Shown one piece after another: positions 37,534 through 50,243 of a stretch of DNA of 64,000 nucleotides. Both the position numbers and the translations under genes were made by a program. A model generated the notes under the pieces. That model did no database searches, was not told the origin of the DNA, and saw only the letters and a list, made by a program, of their open reading frames with translations. The DNA is from Octopus bimaculoides (lineage: Eukaryota), in contig NC_068986.1 in assembly GCF_001194135.2 (NCBI RefSeq), positions 15,976,812 to 16,040,811 of the forward strand, read 5' to 3'. Positions within the stretch are counted from its first letter, which is position 1. Each line of letters begins with the position of its first letter.

Positions 37534-39036
37534 NNNNNNNNNNNNNNNNNNNNNNNNNNNNNNNNNNNNNNNNNNNNNNNNNNNNNNNNNNNNNNNNNNN
37601 NNNNNNNNNNNNNNNNNNNNNNNNNNNNNNNNNNNNNNNNNNNNNNNNNNNNNNNNNNNNNNNNNNNNNNNNNNNNNNNNNNNNNNNNNNNNNNNNNNNN
37701 NNNNNNNNNNNNNNNNNNNNNNNNNNNNNNNNNNNNNNNNNNNNNNNNNNNNNNNNNNNNNNNNNNNNNNNNNNNNNNNNNNNNNNNNNNNNNNNNNNNN
37801 NNNNNNNNNNNNNNNNNNNNNNNNNNNNNNNNNNNNNNNNNNNNNNNNNNNNNNNNNNNNNNNNNNNNNNNNNNNNNNNNNNNNNNNNNNNNNNNNNNNN
37901 NNNNNNNNNNNNNNNNNNNNNNNNNNNNNNNNNNNNNNNNNNNNNNNNNNNNNNNNNNNNNNNNNNNNNNNNNNNNNNNNNNNNNNNNNNNNNNNNNNNN
38001 NNNNNNNNNNNNNNNNNNNNNNNNNNNNNNNTATACTTTATACATATGTGTGTGCGTGTGTCTATGTGTACTTCCAACTGCAATTGGTCTAGCTAGGGAC
38101 AAACTCAGTCATGCGTTGTAAGAAGAAATTTGGCCTAGAGACAATAACTTCTTTCCATCAATCTCTTTATGTTATATACATTTATACTTACACAGACACA
38201 CACAAACACACATACATATACAGATAGAAACATACATACATATATACATATGTGTTCTACTTTTTCCCTATTCTATGTCCATGTCTCAAAAGCTGCTTTC
38301 GGACTTGGGGATAGTAAACTCTTTTTTAATTGAATCACTTGGTGTCACTAATGTTGCAAATCCTATGGTTATTTGTCATAAACGAGAATCCATTACAGTT
38401 TTTCACGAAGTAAACATACGTTTCTATATTGATAGAGAGCCCCTTCATTCCTAATTGTTGTGGTGTGGAGGTCCTTGCTCTAATGTGTGCTGCATGCCCT
38501 TCGAAGCAGGGTGCTCCCAATATCTATCAGATGCTCGGGGCAATTTCCTCTTCCATCCCTATAAATCTGGCCCCTTGTATATATATNNNNNNNNNNNNNN
38601 NNNNNNNNNNNNNNNNNNNNNNNNNNNNNNNNNNNNNNNNNNNNNNNNNNNNNNNNNNNNNNNNNNNNNNNNNNNNNNNNNNNNNNNNNNNNNNNNNNNN
38701 NNNNNNNNNNNNNNNNNNNNNNNNNNNNNNNNNNNNNNNNNNNNNNNNNNNNNNNNNNNNNNNNNNNNNNNNNNNNNNNNNNNNNNNNNNNNNNNNNNNN
38801 NNNNNNNNNNNNNNNNNNNNNNNNNNNNNNNNNNNNNNNNNNNNNNNNNNNNNNNNNNNNNNNNNNNNNNNTATAAAAAATTAAAATTAAATTGAGCTTT
38901 ATAGATAAAGTATATATTTTACGATCTGACGAGTAGCTATATTATACTCATTTATTGTGCTTTTAATTATTAATTTTTCTATATGTGATAGTGGATTTTC
39001 ATCAATGAGTTCTTGAAAATTGGTTATTTTCCCTAA

Positions 39037-39072
<36 letters not shown>

Positions 39073-39078
<6 letters not shown>

Positions 39079-39283
39079 TATATATCTATGTGTGTGTATG
39101 TGTATGTGTATGTGTGAGTGTCTTCTTTGTTTATACTGTTGTGTGTGTATGAGTATGTGTGTATGTGTGCGTGTGTGTGCGTGTATGTATATGTAAGAGA
39201 GAGATAGAGAGAGATTAAGTGTGTAAGTGTGTAGACACAATCAAATAGCTAGACATACTCCATATCTATAAGCTAATCGAAAC
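39073..39283 (+). repeat. ~211-bp direct repeat, copy 1 (copy 2 at 42428-42638)
   Basis: About 5 substitutions between copies; both end at GCTAATCGAAAC. Confidence 0.92.
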
Positions 39284-39318
39284 TTTAACGTTTCGAGTCT
39301 ACGCTCTTCAACAGAAAG
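39283..39318 (-). ncRNA. Candidate minimal type I hammerhead ribozyme, variant core CUGUUGA (family P1)
   Basis: Minus strand: CUUU-CUGUUGA-A-GAG(CGUAGA)CUC-GAAAC-GUU-AAAG. Stem I is 4 bp, stem II is 3 bp, and stem III is the palindrome AACGUU. Confidence 0.5.
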
Positions 39319-39360
39319 GAACACAGAAAGTAGCAAACAGAGAAAAAAATATGTGTACTG

Positions 39361-39468
39361 CAGTGGTTTCCCTGTATGTTTCATACTTTTGTGATTACCT
39401 TACATTTGTTAAAATTCCATTGGATTTGTACTGTGTACTTGTGTAAATTACTTTTGATACAATAGTCT

Positions 39469-39519
<51 letters not shown>

Positions 39520-39531
39520 NNNNNNNNNNNN

Positions 39532-39568
<37 letters not shown>

Positions 39569-40110
39569 GTATTCAGAAGCTGAGAGACTCTAACATTGAA
39601 AGTTATGTACAAACGTGTGTGTTTCTGAGTGTATGTGTGTGCGTGTGAGTACGTGCGTGTGTGTGTGCACGCGCGCGTCTGACTGTAAGAGCTTGCATAT
39701 TAGGCGAAGTAGCATAAACCTTATTGCAACAGACTAAATGGAATTCGTTTGTGTTCCATCTATTTGAGTTCAAATTTTGACCGGGTCGAATTTCAAATTC
39801 AGTCTATCAAGTTCGATGGAATTACAGAAGTTTAAGCTTAGAAGCTTTGATGTATCCATTCCGGTTCTATATTTTATAAGTTAAACGTTCTGTCTAAAAG
39901 GCCGTAAAAACAAAAATGAATTATAAGGTGCTTGAAAGTACAAGGTCATAATTTCGAAATGGAGCGACGTCGGTTGTTTCTGTATAAATGCAAGACGCTC
40001 AGTGGTTTCCCTGTATGTTTCATACTTTTGTCATTACCTTACATTTGTAACAATTCCATTCGATTTGTACTATGTACTTGGGTAAATTAATTTTGATACA
40101 ATAGTCTTCT
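39361..40110 (+). repeat. ~111-bp direct duplication (39361-39471 and 40000-40110)
   Basis: Both read CAGTGGTTTCCCTGTATGTTTCATACTTTTGT...TTTTGATACAATAGTCTTCT, with a handful of substitutions. Confidence 0.92.
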
Positions 40111-41404
40111 AGTGCTCAACCATTATTTTTTTAAATCGATAAAAGCTGTGTAAAGTTACAACAGAGAGAATAATTTTTAGTTGATATCTGCTGTCGACAG
40201 AATCTATAATCTCCACTGAGACTCTTATATATATATATATATATATATACAAGAATTAATTCAAACGCATGCTCACACACACATGTCTGAGTTGGTTGGG
40301 AGAGATGACGGGTAAGTCAGGAAGATGTAAGCATATCTAGTACTTAAACTAAATATATATTGTATATACTTAATTATATAAACATGCACACACACACGCA
40401 CAAACACACACACATATACACACATACACTTATATTTGTGTGACCATGTAGTTCTGTAGTGGGGAGGGGCCTGCGATGATGTTAACGCAATTGTCATTAT
40501 TATATAAACAAACATACGCGGAAAAAGAAAACAAAAGAAAAATAATAAAATCGAAAAATCGCAAGAACAAAAGGAAAACAAATGGCGGCTGTTTGTGTGC
40601 AAAGGTGTAACGAAGCACTAAAATGGCTGGCTACGTACGTCATAACGGCACTATAGACATAAACACCTTTTTCCTGCCAAACAGTATTCATACCGTTGAT
40701 GACAGTGATGGCTATAAAAGCAAATAGACCGTATTGATAATGCTTTGTGTGGTTTTATACCGCTGGGTGTGTAATTTGAGGGCAGTTCCATTTACGCTGG
40801 TCTCCTAAACATCAATTTCTCAACATCCAAACATTTTGATCAAAGCGAATTTCAGCTAAGCAAATATTATACATTAATCCGCTGATTGGATTGTTGTGAG
40901 GAGTGCAAAAACAAAAAATGGTTTCTAATCTGCTGCCCCGTTTGCCCCCTCTCAGACACGTATACGCGTATTAACCAGTCTAAATTGTAGTTTTTCCATG
41001 TCTTTCTATCTACTATAAATTATCTCCATTTACATTCACTGCGAAATCATCACAACTGCCAACATCGCTTGTAGGAAAAAATTATGTACCTAAATTCTCT
41101 AACACACAAACAAGAACGTGAAGAAACTCACGCGCACACACACAGAAAAATGCATACACACGCTCACACAAACATACACATACAAACACAAGCTGATATT
41201 GCCACAGGCATAGACAGATATACATATGAACAGATTCAAATACTCTTCCATAGACGCGCAAACACATATATATTTACAGAGAGAGTGTCTGTGTGTTTGA
41301 GAGAGAGAGAGAGAGAGAGATAGAGAGAGACAGAGAGACAGACAAATAGATATAGATACGTATATATGTGAAGGTATGTGTGTATATATCCACATATATG
41401 CATA

Positions 41405-41413
41405 TTGTATATA

Positions 41414-41510
<97 letters not shown>

Positions 41511-41596
41511 GTGTGTGTGTGTTTGTGTGTGTGTGTATGTATATGTATGTATGTATATGTGTTTGACTATGTGTGTATATATATATATATATATGT
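41405..41596. repeat. Long (TA)n with (TG)n/(TATG)n
   Basis: Directly visible. Confidence 0.97.
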
Positions 41597-41919
41597 AAAT
41601 ACATAATATTTATAACAGCGAAATATCTTTATTTATTAGCATGACGCTCAGTTGCTTGGAACCAGAGACACACAAATCCATACATCTACGCACACACATA
41701 ATTACACACTACAAAGTCACATAAACAGACACAAGGGAAATTGCATCAAATATATAACATTATGTTATGAACATTGAATACGATGGCTTCAATAAAAGAA
41801 AATACCTATAGAACTCTGCTTCTACGATTATACATTTCTATCTGAAGTCATACACACAAGTATAGTCATATCCAAAACATTTGTGTATGTGTGTGTTTAC
41901 ATATACATACATACATATA

Positions 41920-41954
<35 letters not shown>

Positions 41955-42049
41955 GTATGTATGTATGTATATATTTATATATGTATGTATGTATGTATAT
42001 ATATATATATTTGAATATACATATAATTATGCTTATATGTATATATATT

Positions 42050-42089
<40 letters not shown>

Positions 42090-42399
42090 CACGCACNNNN
42101 NNNNNNNNNNNNNNNNNNNNNNNNNNNNNNNNNNNNNNNNNNNNNNNNNNNNNNNNNNNNNNNNNNNNNNNNNNNNNNNNNNNNNNNNNNNNNNNNNNNN
42201 NNNNNNNNNNNNNNNNNNNNNNNNNNNNNNNNNNNNNNNNNNNNNNNNNNNNNNNNNNNNNNNNNNNNNNNNNNNNNNNNNNNNNNNNNNNNNNNNNNNN
42301 NNNNNNNNNNNNNNNNNNNNNNNNNNNNNNNNNNNNNNNNNNNNNNNNNNNNNNNNNNNNNNNNNNNNNNNNNNNNNNNNNNNNNNNNNNNNNNNNNNN

Positions 42400-42427
<28 letters not shown>

Positions 42428-42431
<4 letters not shown>

Positions 42432-42638
42432 TCTATATATCTATGTGTGTGTATGTGCATGTGTATGTGTGAGTGTCTTCTTTGTTTATACTGCTGTGTG
42501 TGTATGAGTATGTGTGTATGTGTGCGTGTGTGTGCGTGTATGTATTTGTAAGAGAGAGATAGAGAGAGATTAAGTGTGTAAGTGTGTAGACACAATCGAA
42601 TAGCTAGACATACTCCATATCTACAAGCTAATCGAAAC
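42428..42638 (+). repeat. ~211-bp direct repeat, copy 2
   Basis: See 39073-39283; starts just after the gap at 42097-42399. Confidence 0.92.
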
Positions 42639-44246
42639 CTAAAAGAAATCATCGATTCCTATAATGGTATATAATTCACAGTTAGCTAATATATTTACTA
42701 TATAGCATGATTATCAGTTGTTGCTAGAAAACCTCGTATGTTATTAGTAATTCTCTCTTTGAATTTTAGGTGAAAGTGTAAAAGCTTGTTGCCGTAATGG
42801 GGTGCATTAACAGTCTCTAGTTACGTCGTTGTTCCCCTTGTTGTCCATTTACGATGTCGTAATTTGTTAGTACATATTGTTATCGCTGTTATCTCATATT
42901 GCTTAGAATAATTGTTTGTAGTGTGGAATCGGTAGGATAACATTTGATTTGATACTTTAGCGTATTTCACTTTCGGAGTTCGAATGTGAGCAAGTGTTAG
43001 AATTCACGTTTCATTTACTGTAGCAATTGGAAGACAGCTACTTAACATTGTAGGAAATGTAGTCGATAAATTGACTGTTTCCGCACATTTTTCTTCACAC
43101 TTGTGACGGATTTATGTCATAGGTGCCGATACCTATATTCACCATTTATGCAAATTTTGTCAATTAACTGTAATGATGTGTTACTTCTATGGATAGGGAC
43201 AAATGTCAAATATGCATATGTGTAGTTCCTATATTTCAGGACGTTATAGAAGAAGAATCGGTTGTATATACATATAAAATATTGGGATGTCTGACACACT
43301 CGTTCGTTTATTTTCTACTTATATAATTTCTTACTTTTCATCGGCAGATACAACGTGATTATCAGTTATATATTGTCCTTCAATGTGCACAATTTCTGAA
43401 CAAAGTTTCGTTAGCTTCTCAATGAGTTGACGCTAGAAATCACCGGTGACGTGTGATAATATCACGAGAGCACTCTATCTGCTGAGCCAATTCCTAAGCA
43501 GAATGATGTGGATTCTTATGGAAAAGCTTGTTCTGGTTCTGTCGATCTCCGTTGAACAAAATTGGTTGGCTGGAACGCGGAAAGACTGTCAAGTCGAATT
43601 TCCCCGCTTGAGGTGAAAAACTATCTTTTGGGCCAGTTCTCTTTGTAATAGCGCCTTCTCCATACATTTAGTTGAATGACAATGAAGGCAAGTGTCTAAA
43701 ATGCTCATTTTTTTTCTCGTTGGCATTCATCATCATATGACTGAAAAAACACGTAAAATTTATTCAGATATAAACAAGAAAGAGAATTTGTAGAGGAAGT
43801 ACAGAGCGAAGCAACCCATAAAACAGTACGATAAATGTTTTCATGCTAATTCAAGCAGGAAGAAAACATAAACGAACGACTTAATCTGACAACACCTTAC
43901 TTTCAACAGATTGTCTACGTACTAGAGGGCGTCAAACATTATCTGCACTTTTGCTGAATCTTTCTTTTGATTGGCTAAGAGCTGGTACTGTTGTGATTAC
44001 GCAGCCGATGTCTGGCCTTGATTGTTCCAGTTTGCTTTTTTTCAGTTTCAGAGTAAATATGGCCGCAGTGCTGGCTTTGAGCACCAAACAAAAGCAAAAA
44101 TCTGTGATCCAATTTTGCATGCGTTAAAAGCTCTTCTCTACGTTCCAAATGAGGTGTAGTTGTTATACTAAGTAATGATGATTTTAGCTCCTTGATAGCT
44201 TAGATAGAGAGTTAATTAGCAATATTCCAGCCGTGCCCATATTCTT

Positions 44247-44741
44247 TGGTATGAGCATGTGCCAAGTAAAGTTATGCAGTAAGATGGAAAAGTAACAACA
44301 CTCTTGGACTATGATTTTCAAACAAATCGTGTAATCGAACAGCGTCGACCTGATATTGTCATATTGAATAAGAGAGACAAATACTGTCAGATCATTGATG
44401 TAGCCATACCAAATGACATGAATGTTGTAAGTAAAGAGGTTGAAAAAATCACCAAGTACTCCGAATTTGAAGTGGAAGTAGCAAGACTGTATGGAATGCG
44501 AATGGATAATGTAAAAGTGATACCAGTGGGGATCGGAGCGCTGGGCTTAATCCCATTGAAACTTCAAAACTTCTTAAGGCAACTGGAAATCCCATGCAAT
44601 ATTGATGTCTTGCAAAAAGCAGCCTTATTGGGCACAGCGAACTTCCTAAGGAATTATTATCTGTCTGAGGTCCTTGTTGTGACTTGACAGGTGACTAAAG
44701 ACTCCGGTGCATTTTTATCTACAGTGTATTACGAAGGAATG

Positions 44742-44834
<93 letters not shown>

Positions 44835-44835
44835 T
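44247..44835 (+). mobile_element. RLE-type (R4/Dong-like) LINE 3' end: endonuclease domain, 3' UTR and (TAA)n tail
   Basis: WYEHVPSKVMQ*DGKVTTLLDYDFQTNRVIEQRRPDIVILNKRDKYCQIIDVAIP...EKITKYSE...VIPVGIGALG...LQKAALLGTANFLR carries the PD-(D/E)xK RLE signature (RPDIV, IDVAIP, EKxxKY). (TAA)n runs 44742-44835. Confidence 0.9.
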
Positions 44836-45614
44836 TGAAAAAAATAAAACTACTCAACAATAATAATAATAATAAAGTGTGTGTGTGTGCCTTATATTCG
44901 GCTGGATAAAAGAGATGATAGTTATGTGCTGTTGACATTTGTTGCGGTTGAAAAACGTATTTACAGATAGAGGCTTATCTCTAGAAAGAACAGCCTATTT
45001 CTTCGAACACGTAATGTTGTTTCAGGAGAATTCTTGACTTCCGTGTTGGAAGTGAGTTGCAAAGACTACTAAGTGTGTATCTGCACATCTTCATATGCTC
45101 TCCAACCCACTCTTCTGAAGACGTGCATGTTCACTGTTATTTTTGGATCGTATTAATGCAAGAATATATGAATGTGAAACACAAAGCATTTACCAGCAAT
45201 GCACAAAGTATATTTGGATTAAAGCCTGTTCATTCCATATTATAACTTCTGTGTGTTTGTGCGGTGGCGTGTGTTTCGTTTTCAACGGCAGAATTCAAGT
45301 AGGTTAAGATAAGATACGATATAAATATTGGCGATTTAATATTGGAAAAAAATCCCATTGGATGGACTAAAGCAATTTTAGTATTGGAGTTTATCCGATG
45401 GATTCTTTAACACAATATTATCACGCTAGNNNNNNNNNNNNNNNNNNNNNNNNNNNNNNNNNNNNNNNNNNNNNNNNNNNNNNNNNNNNNNNNNNNNNNN
45501 NNNNNNNNNATATATATATATATATATATATATATAACATTATCTAATTCGTGTTCCACCATTAAGAACGAATTGTTTCACGTCTCTCGAAGTTTCTATA
45601 GGAACTGTGTTAAT

Positions 45615-45795
45615 TTGTGTAGGTGCAGTTACGGATGTCTGCTTAAGAAGCTCGCTTTGCAACCATGTGGTTTCGGGTTCGTTTCCAAGGCACGATTCTT
45701 TCAGCAAGTATTTTCTACTATATTCTCGGGCCCTGACTAATTGCCTTGTGATTAAGTTAATTACACAGAAACTGTGTGGAAATCCACCGTAAATA
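45615..45795 (+). mobile_element. tRNA-headed SINE family B, degenerate
   Basis: TTAAGAAGCTCGCTTTGCAACCATGTGGTTTCGGGTTCG...CAGCAAGTATTTTCTACTATA...CGGGCC, collinear with 60770. Confidence 0.7.
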
Positions 45796-46091
45796 TGTGT
45801 CTATGTGTCTATGTGTCTATGAGTGCGTGTGTGTGTATATATGTGCGTTTTGTAGTTGTGTTTACTTGACATCCGGTGTTGCTGTGTTTACGTTCCTTGA
45901 ACTTACTGGCTTGGCAGAAAGTCAAATAGAATTATTTTCTGACTTTAAAAAATATATATGTAGGACCTTTAAATCGGTGTCCCAGTATTGGTAGAATTCC
46001 AATGAGTGAAAGGAGTAAAAGAAATGGTAAGTAATAAAAGATTCTCTGAAATAAAACCCTTGTCAGACTTTAAAATATATTATCTAGAAAT

Positions 46092-46275
46092 GAGGCGGCG
46101 AGCTGGCCGAATCGTTAGCAGGCCGGCCAAATTGCTTAGGAAAACGCTTTTTTACATCCCGAGCTCAAATTCCGCTGAGATCGGCTTTGCCATTCATCGT
46201 TTCTGGGTTGATGAAACATGTACCAGTTTTGCACTGGTATTTATTAAGATTTAACCGCCCTCAACCACCTTGTTG
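46092..46275 (+). mobile_element. SINE family A
   Basis: GAGGCGGCGAGCTGGCCGAATCGTTAGCAGGCCGG...GAGCTCAAATTCCGCTGAGATCGGCTTTGCC. Confidence 0.82.
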
Positions 46276-46319
46276 ATCTCTGGCAAAATGTTGAATCCAA
46301 TATATTACCTAGAAAGATA

Positions 46320-46349
46320 CGATGATGATGGTGTTGTTCTTGTTGTCGT

Positions 46350-46383
<34 letters not shown>

Positions 46384-46440
46384 AATGTTTACGTCGATGA
46401 CGATGATAATGTTTACGTCGATGACGATGACAACGATGAA
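46320..46440. repeat. (GAT)n array with a 24-bp tandem duplication
   Basis: GATAATGTTTACGTCGATGACGAT occurs twice starting at 46381. Confidence 0.9.
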
Positions 46441-47464
46441 ACAAAAATTATATCCACATTTGATTCGATCTCCAAACACAGATAAATATAGAAATGGTGA
46501 CAATACTAAATAGACAGCCATGTCGATTTTCACCTCTTTCACAACATTATAACATCGGTGAGATAAAAAGAGAAAAATCGACCCCAGCTAGATTATGAAC
46601 TCCAAATAAGTACTAAACCGACAAACATGTCATAATAATTCTCATCAGGATTTTCAATGCATCAGTGATAATAATCGCATTGAATGGTATTATATTGATT
46701 TATTACATTGCTGCAAAATCTCTATGATTTATTTTAGACATGAAGTCTTATGCTATTGAGTCTACGTACGGCTTTATTACGTACAGAAGCGGTGTAAATA
46801 TCGTGAAATAAACTCTAAACTGGAAGAGAAACGACGATGGCGTTTTTACGTCGCATACAATACAAGACATGATTACGAAAAACTGACCTAAAATTATACA
46901 AACATATATGTATATACAGACAAACACAAGAACACACACATACACAAATACACATACACACACATACACACACACACACACACGTCTGGCGATTGCAAGT
47001 GGAAAAATAGAAATCAAAATATGGTTAGCACCTAAGTGCTAACGCACAGAACTCTCGTGCAGGCGTATATATGTAAATTGTATATGTATATATAGATATG
47101 AATGTATATAATGGTGTGTGATGGCTAACCATATTTTCTTTTGTTGTATTTTCCTTTTCTTTTAGATCTTATTTCCATTGTTTTTCACTGATTTTAATCC
47201 ATTATGTTCACAGAATGAACATAATGGAAAGTTATAAAAAACAGCTACCATATTAGTTCGAGACATTGTCTATGTTGTTGAAGGTGATCCAGACGGCCGA
47301 ATTATACTTTTTTTATGGCTTTTCAGTAAGTTAATCTCCGTTCAGTGCTCGTGAAGGCAGTTTTTCAAATTCTTCTGCGGAATCATTGTGTGAATATATG
47401 TTCGTATCTATTTTGTTTTTACTTCAGATATTTCGGTAATGGGGAAACTGGTTTCTTACAAAGA

Positions 47465-47900
47465 TAAGACCCATAGTTAGTTTTTACTATTCCGCCTACA
47501 GTAATGTACATGTTAGGTGGTTGACTTCTTTTCCTGAAATCCCTATCTTTTCCAGTTTGTCATTTATTTATCGAGTTAAGTGCATATATTAGTATTGGTA
47601 TAAGAATTTATAATCTGAGCATAGAATATGAAGTTTTCGAATCTGTTGTGTATAAATATATTCTTTCTCTCTGATTCTCGGGTATTCACGACTGTGGTTC
47701 TGCTGAACTCTATGGCGATGAATATTATTTTCTTGCCTTCTTCAAACAATATCCAGCCTGTAATGTTTGCTCTTGATACGAGATTTTATGCTAGTGTTCC
47801 ACTGTTGTTCTTGTTGAAATTTTTGTATTTCTTCATTGACAAGGGAATCCTCAATATCTTACCCATGCCAGTTATTTTTGGATGGCATTGCAGGGATTAT
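47465..47900 (-). pseudogene. Decayed RLE endonuclease domain of another R4/NeSL-like LINE lineage
   Basis: Minus strand across frameshifts: QWNTSIKSRIKSKHYRLDIV*, then KIIFIAIEFSRTTVVN, then IREKEYIY...RKLHILCSDYKF, then IPILIYAL, then KLEKIGISGKEV...GGIVK. The order matches the RLE motifs RPDIV / IE / EK-Y / PIIIGALG. Confidence 0.6.
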
Positions 47901-48000
47901 ACATGTTTAACTGTTTGGCAGTCGATTCGATTTGAGTCCGTGTGGTGAAACTAAATCAATTACAGCATGGAACACACATATCTATCTATCTGTCTGCCTA

Positions 48001-48033
<33 letters not shown>

Positions 48034-50243
48034 ATCTCTCTCTCTGTATATATATATATATTACCTCCCCCTATCTAGAACTCTTCTTTCTCAGACTGGA
48101 ACGAACACGACACAATGAAGTAGAGAAATTTGAAAAGACAACACGAAACGGGTTATTTCTCAAAATACAATGTTTATATACCAAAAAGATTTTATAACAT
48201 TTTTCTAACATTTTTCTAACATTTTTCTGACATAATTTAAATATATACTTTAACCATGTGACACAAGCCTTCTGTAGTTTTTTCACTCGTATTATCTTTT
48301 ATATNNNNNNNNNNNNNNNNNNNNNNNNNNNNNNNNNNNNNNNNNNNNNNNNNNNNNNNNNNNNNNNNNNNNNNNNNNNNNNNNNNNNNNNNNNNNNNNN
48401 NNNNNNNNNNNNNNNNNNNNNNNNNNNNNNNNNNNNNNNNNNNNNNNNNNNNNNNNNNATATATATATATATATATAATCGGAAAATGGAGAAAACCTCA
48501 GATTAACAAGCACATCGATTGGACCACATTTATAGCTTACTTTTTAATACAGGCATGACAAAGCACACCAGTGCACGGGGATAATATAGGTAACGGATAC
48601 CCATAATATATACAGATATTTTTCCCTTAGTCGGTTATTATAACCACTAACTCTGTTTGCACTATATATAAAATTCAGTTGAATTAGTTACTTAAAATTT
48701 AGGTCTGAGCGACATACATACTCAACAATATTAAATAAATATCAGAATTGGTTCATAAGTGCCAACCATGAGATATTCTTGCAGTGTATGCAAATAAAAA
48801 GAGTCAGCTGAGTGAAGAAATCTGATCTTAGCTATTCAGATATTAAAGTATTGTCTAGAATATTTACGAAGCGTAGATTATTTTCAATATAATTTATTCG
48901 TCACCTATATAGTTAATTTCTAAATTTAACTTAATGCTACAATATTAAACCTATGTTAAATCACAATAGTCCTCTTTTCTATTGTGGATCTGACTACCAA
49001 CCCTAATATATTGTATTTTAAAATTTTGTATTATTATTCAAAGTTTCTAATACGGTAATGAATACAAGTAAATTGAGCTTCCTCCAACTCCTTTATCATC
49101 CCCTCTCATTATCATCCCTTCCCTATCACTAACTCCTTTATTACTACCCTACATCTTGCCCATTCGCGAAGATTAAGCCGACACAGTGTCCAATCACTTT
49201 TGATAATTTAATAGGCTGACCTGACATAAATTGCTGCTTTCACCACTTACCACTGGAAATAAACATCTTCCTTGAGATAAAAGTCTAGACAATCGGAGCC
49301 GATCATTCTTCTGTTGTTAGAAGTTTAGATAACTGGGTCTTTTGTGTCTATTATTTCCTCGCCCTTCTATAAACTCTAATAGCCTCTAAATTCTTTTTTG
49401 TTCTAACCAAATATGTACTATTCTGATAAGTTCATTCTACCAACTGAATTGTAGCAGGATCAATGTAAATATTTTTACTCCGTGAATTTGTTAACTATGT
49501 TGAATGACTTTATATTACAAGATCATGAATTCATCTGACAAAAGTGGTTTCTTTACAATGATGACATGTTCTCATTGATCTATTAAAGGAGTCGCTGGAA
49601 TCGACCTTAATGGACTGGCACCCATACCTGTTTTTTACTCGCACATATATGTAAATATATATATATATATATATATATATAATACAAATAATAAATAAGT
49701 ATATGCATATATACGTACATGTATGTACATACTTACATCTACCTGTATATATAGATGCATATCTGGGTATATGATATTGTAAACAAAGCGTAGACAAAAT
49801 GATAAACGAGTACAGAAAACATACAGGCCACATAAAAACTATCTCCTTCATCAGCTGCCCCCGTTCTAACACAGGCGTTTCGAAGAGTTAGGGCAGGACG
49901 CATCGTTAAAATGGCTCTTCCCACGGACCACACACACACACACATAAACATACATATGCACACGAATGCACACATGCCTAACACTCACAACCCCACATAC
50001 ACACACATGCACACATGCACACACCCATTCGTACACGCACATACGCACACACAACTACACGCACATACACATACACACGCCCACACATATGCACGTGAGG
50101 AATTACATGGTATCATTCTCATGCAATGTCACCGGCGTCATTGAGGTAAGGAAAAAATTATCAACGCGAGCGCCAATTGACACATTTGACACATTATAAT
50201 TACCATAATAGCATAGCCTGCAAAAAAAAAAAAAAAAATATGG

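Noticed and set aside
49845-49895. GAAAC…CUGAUGA on the minus strand (type II hammerhead order)
   Set aside because: Stem I cannot form between the GUU site and the core; probably part of an unrelated dispersed repeat.
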